Below are positions 62,525 to 64,000 of a DNA stretch of 64,000 nucleotides, one piece after another. The notes under the pieces are model-generated. The model was not told where the DNA came from, ran no database searches, and saw nothing but the letters and a program-made list of their open reading frames with translations. Made by a program: the position numbers and the translations under genes. How positions within the stretch are numbered: the first letter of the stretch is position 1; every line of letters begins with the position of its first letter. The DNA comes from Azolla caroliniana. Lineage: Eukaryota; Plantae; Polypodiophyta. Location of the stretch: contig JBHGNT010000084.1 of the NCBI GenBank assembly GCA_043228905.1, positions 1-64,000 of the forward strand, in the 5' to 3' direction.

Positions 62525-64000
62525 TAGTATTAGGTGGAGTTTAGGTATCTAAGTTTTGACAATAATAAAGAGAACAAACAAAAGGAAGTCAGTCCAGAAT
62601 CTGACACATGTCAGTGGGTTTTTCTTCTTCTTGTGAGGGGTTTTTTGATAGACCCCCACAGCTAGCTATTTCACACCAGTGAGAAGTGACCTACAGGAAT
62701 AGCTAGTAGTTTTTTTAGAGTAGTCTAGGAAACTATCTAGCTTGTATGTACCATGGTATTGTGGGGGTTGTGCATAAATGAATGTATCTGTAGCTAGCTA
62801 GCTAGCTAAGCTACTATGTTTGACTAACAAAGCACAAAAGACAGAAGAGAGGAAATGATGATGCTGGAGAATGAGAAAGAATGTGAGGTTCTTTTTTTTT
62901 TTGAGGGGCACAAATCCAAAGGCTTTCTTTTAGATCTTCACATATGGTCTGGTCTGGTTCGGTTTGGGTTGGGCTTGACTAAGTTTCAGCAGGACACCAT
63001 GTTTTAGGCAAAGACCGGTGGATCCTAGCCGTATGGGAAATTTAGGGCCATCGCTAAACATAGCCCTCTTTGGCCCAAATGGTTCGAAGTGCTTACACAG
63101 AATGTTGCCATTTCATTGCTACTACATATATGTATGTGTATGTATTACATATCTCCGGATTTTGTCCTTGTGCACGGAATTCCACACCTCTCATGTCCCA
63201 CTTGAAGTTTTCATTTGGTTCGGTTGGCTTCTCATTCAATTCACTACTGTAATAGTAGAGTTCCACATGTTCCTTGATTCTCTTTCTAGATTTTGTTCTT
63301 GCTTTTCTCTTCTTGCCTTAAATGTTTTAACCTGATTGTTTTTCAAAGGTAAAACATTGCTTTGTTTTCTTCTTCTGTTTTTACCTCTTGGGCTTGTTAT
63401 GCTCGTATGCTCCATTTTTTCAACACATAATTGCATTTTTGTGATTATCATACATATTGGATTTTTCTAGATATTTTGTGATTATCACATATTAGTGAGG
63501 ATTTTCCACACTTTATGTTTTTGTTTTAAGCAAATGCAAGTTTTCTTCTCACAAAAATGACTTTTCTTTTAGTAATGCATCATACAACACAAAAATGCCT
63601 TTTCTTTTAGCAATGCATCACACACAACATTTTGCCTTCACTTATTAGCCTTGTCTTGGACTCACCAAGGGCACGATATAGCAACTAGGATCAAGTTTCC
63701 ATCGAGTAAAATGCAATCTGACAATGGATTTTATCTTCCAAATTTCATACTTTTTTAGGTTTACTCCATAGTTCGGTCATTTTTATGAGTATGTCAACAC
63801 TTAGGACTTCCAAAGACCACACCAAGAGTATGACTACTAAACGCTTTTAAATTCATGTTCCCCTTGAGCATTGGTTAGACTAATAATACCTTCACATTTG
63901 GATGGCATGCTCATATCAACATACCTTTTACTTCATGCATATGGATTACTAATCATGTTAACCAATAATGTTATGTGGCTTGATATAGATTCGTACTAAA

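Noticed and set aside
62838-62852. GACAGAAGAGAG resembling miR156
   Set aside because: Only 12 nt match, the 3' half differs and no star arm is visible.
63260-63282. TTCCACATGTTCCTTGATT resembling miR396
   Set aside because: At least 4-5 mismatches, no complementary arm found, and not complementary to the altered GRF site.

Overview
AT-rich, microsatellite-dense land-plant genomic DNA. The style suggests a fern or other seed-free plant, but the species cannot be called from the sequence. Two intact intron-containing host genes lie on the minus strand. (1) A GT92/DUF23 glycosyltransferase, CDS join(10116..10293, 7667..9780), ~763 aa. (2) A GROWTH-REGULATING FACTOR (GRF; QLQ, WRC, FFD, TQL and GGPL motifs), CDS join(42977..43730, 41496..41762, 39084..39819, 37512..38520), ~921 aa, which lacks the canonical miR396 target site. 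Between them, one TACA/TATG-type microsatellite has been hit by three DNA transposons side by side: two related Mutator-like elements (19203..21303 and 21393..26268, the second with C2H2-finger, Ulp1-protease and DDE-transposase remnants) and a non-autonomous hAT element (26308..27329, perfect 8-bp TSD) carrying decayed host-like coding sequence. A second copy of the same hAT family with different internal cargo lies at 59507..60452. The rest is mostly decayed LINE and Ty3/Gypsy fragments, tandem duplications and simple repeats. No rRNA, tRNA, CRISPR array or recognisable conserved miRNA was found. All boundaries were read by eye, and those of decayed retroelements are approximate.
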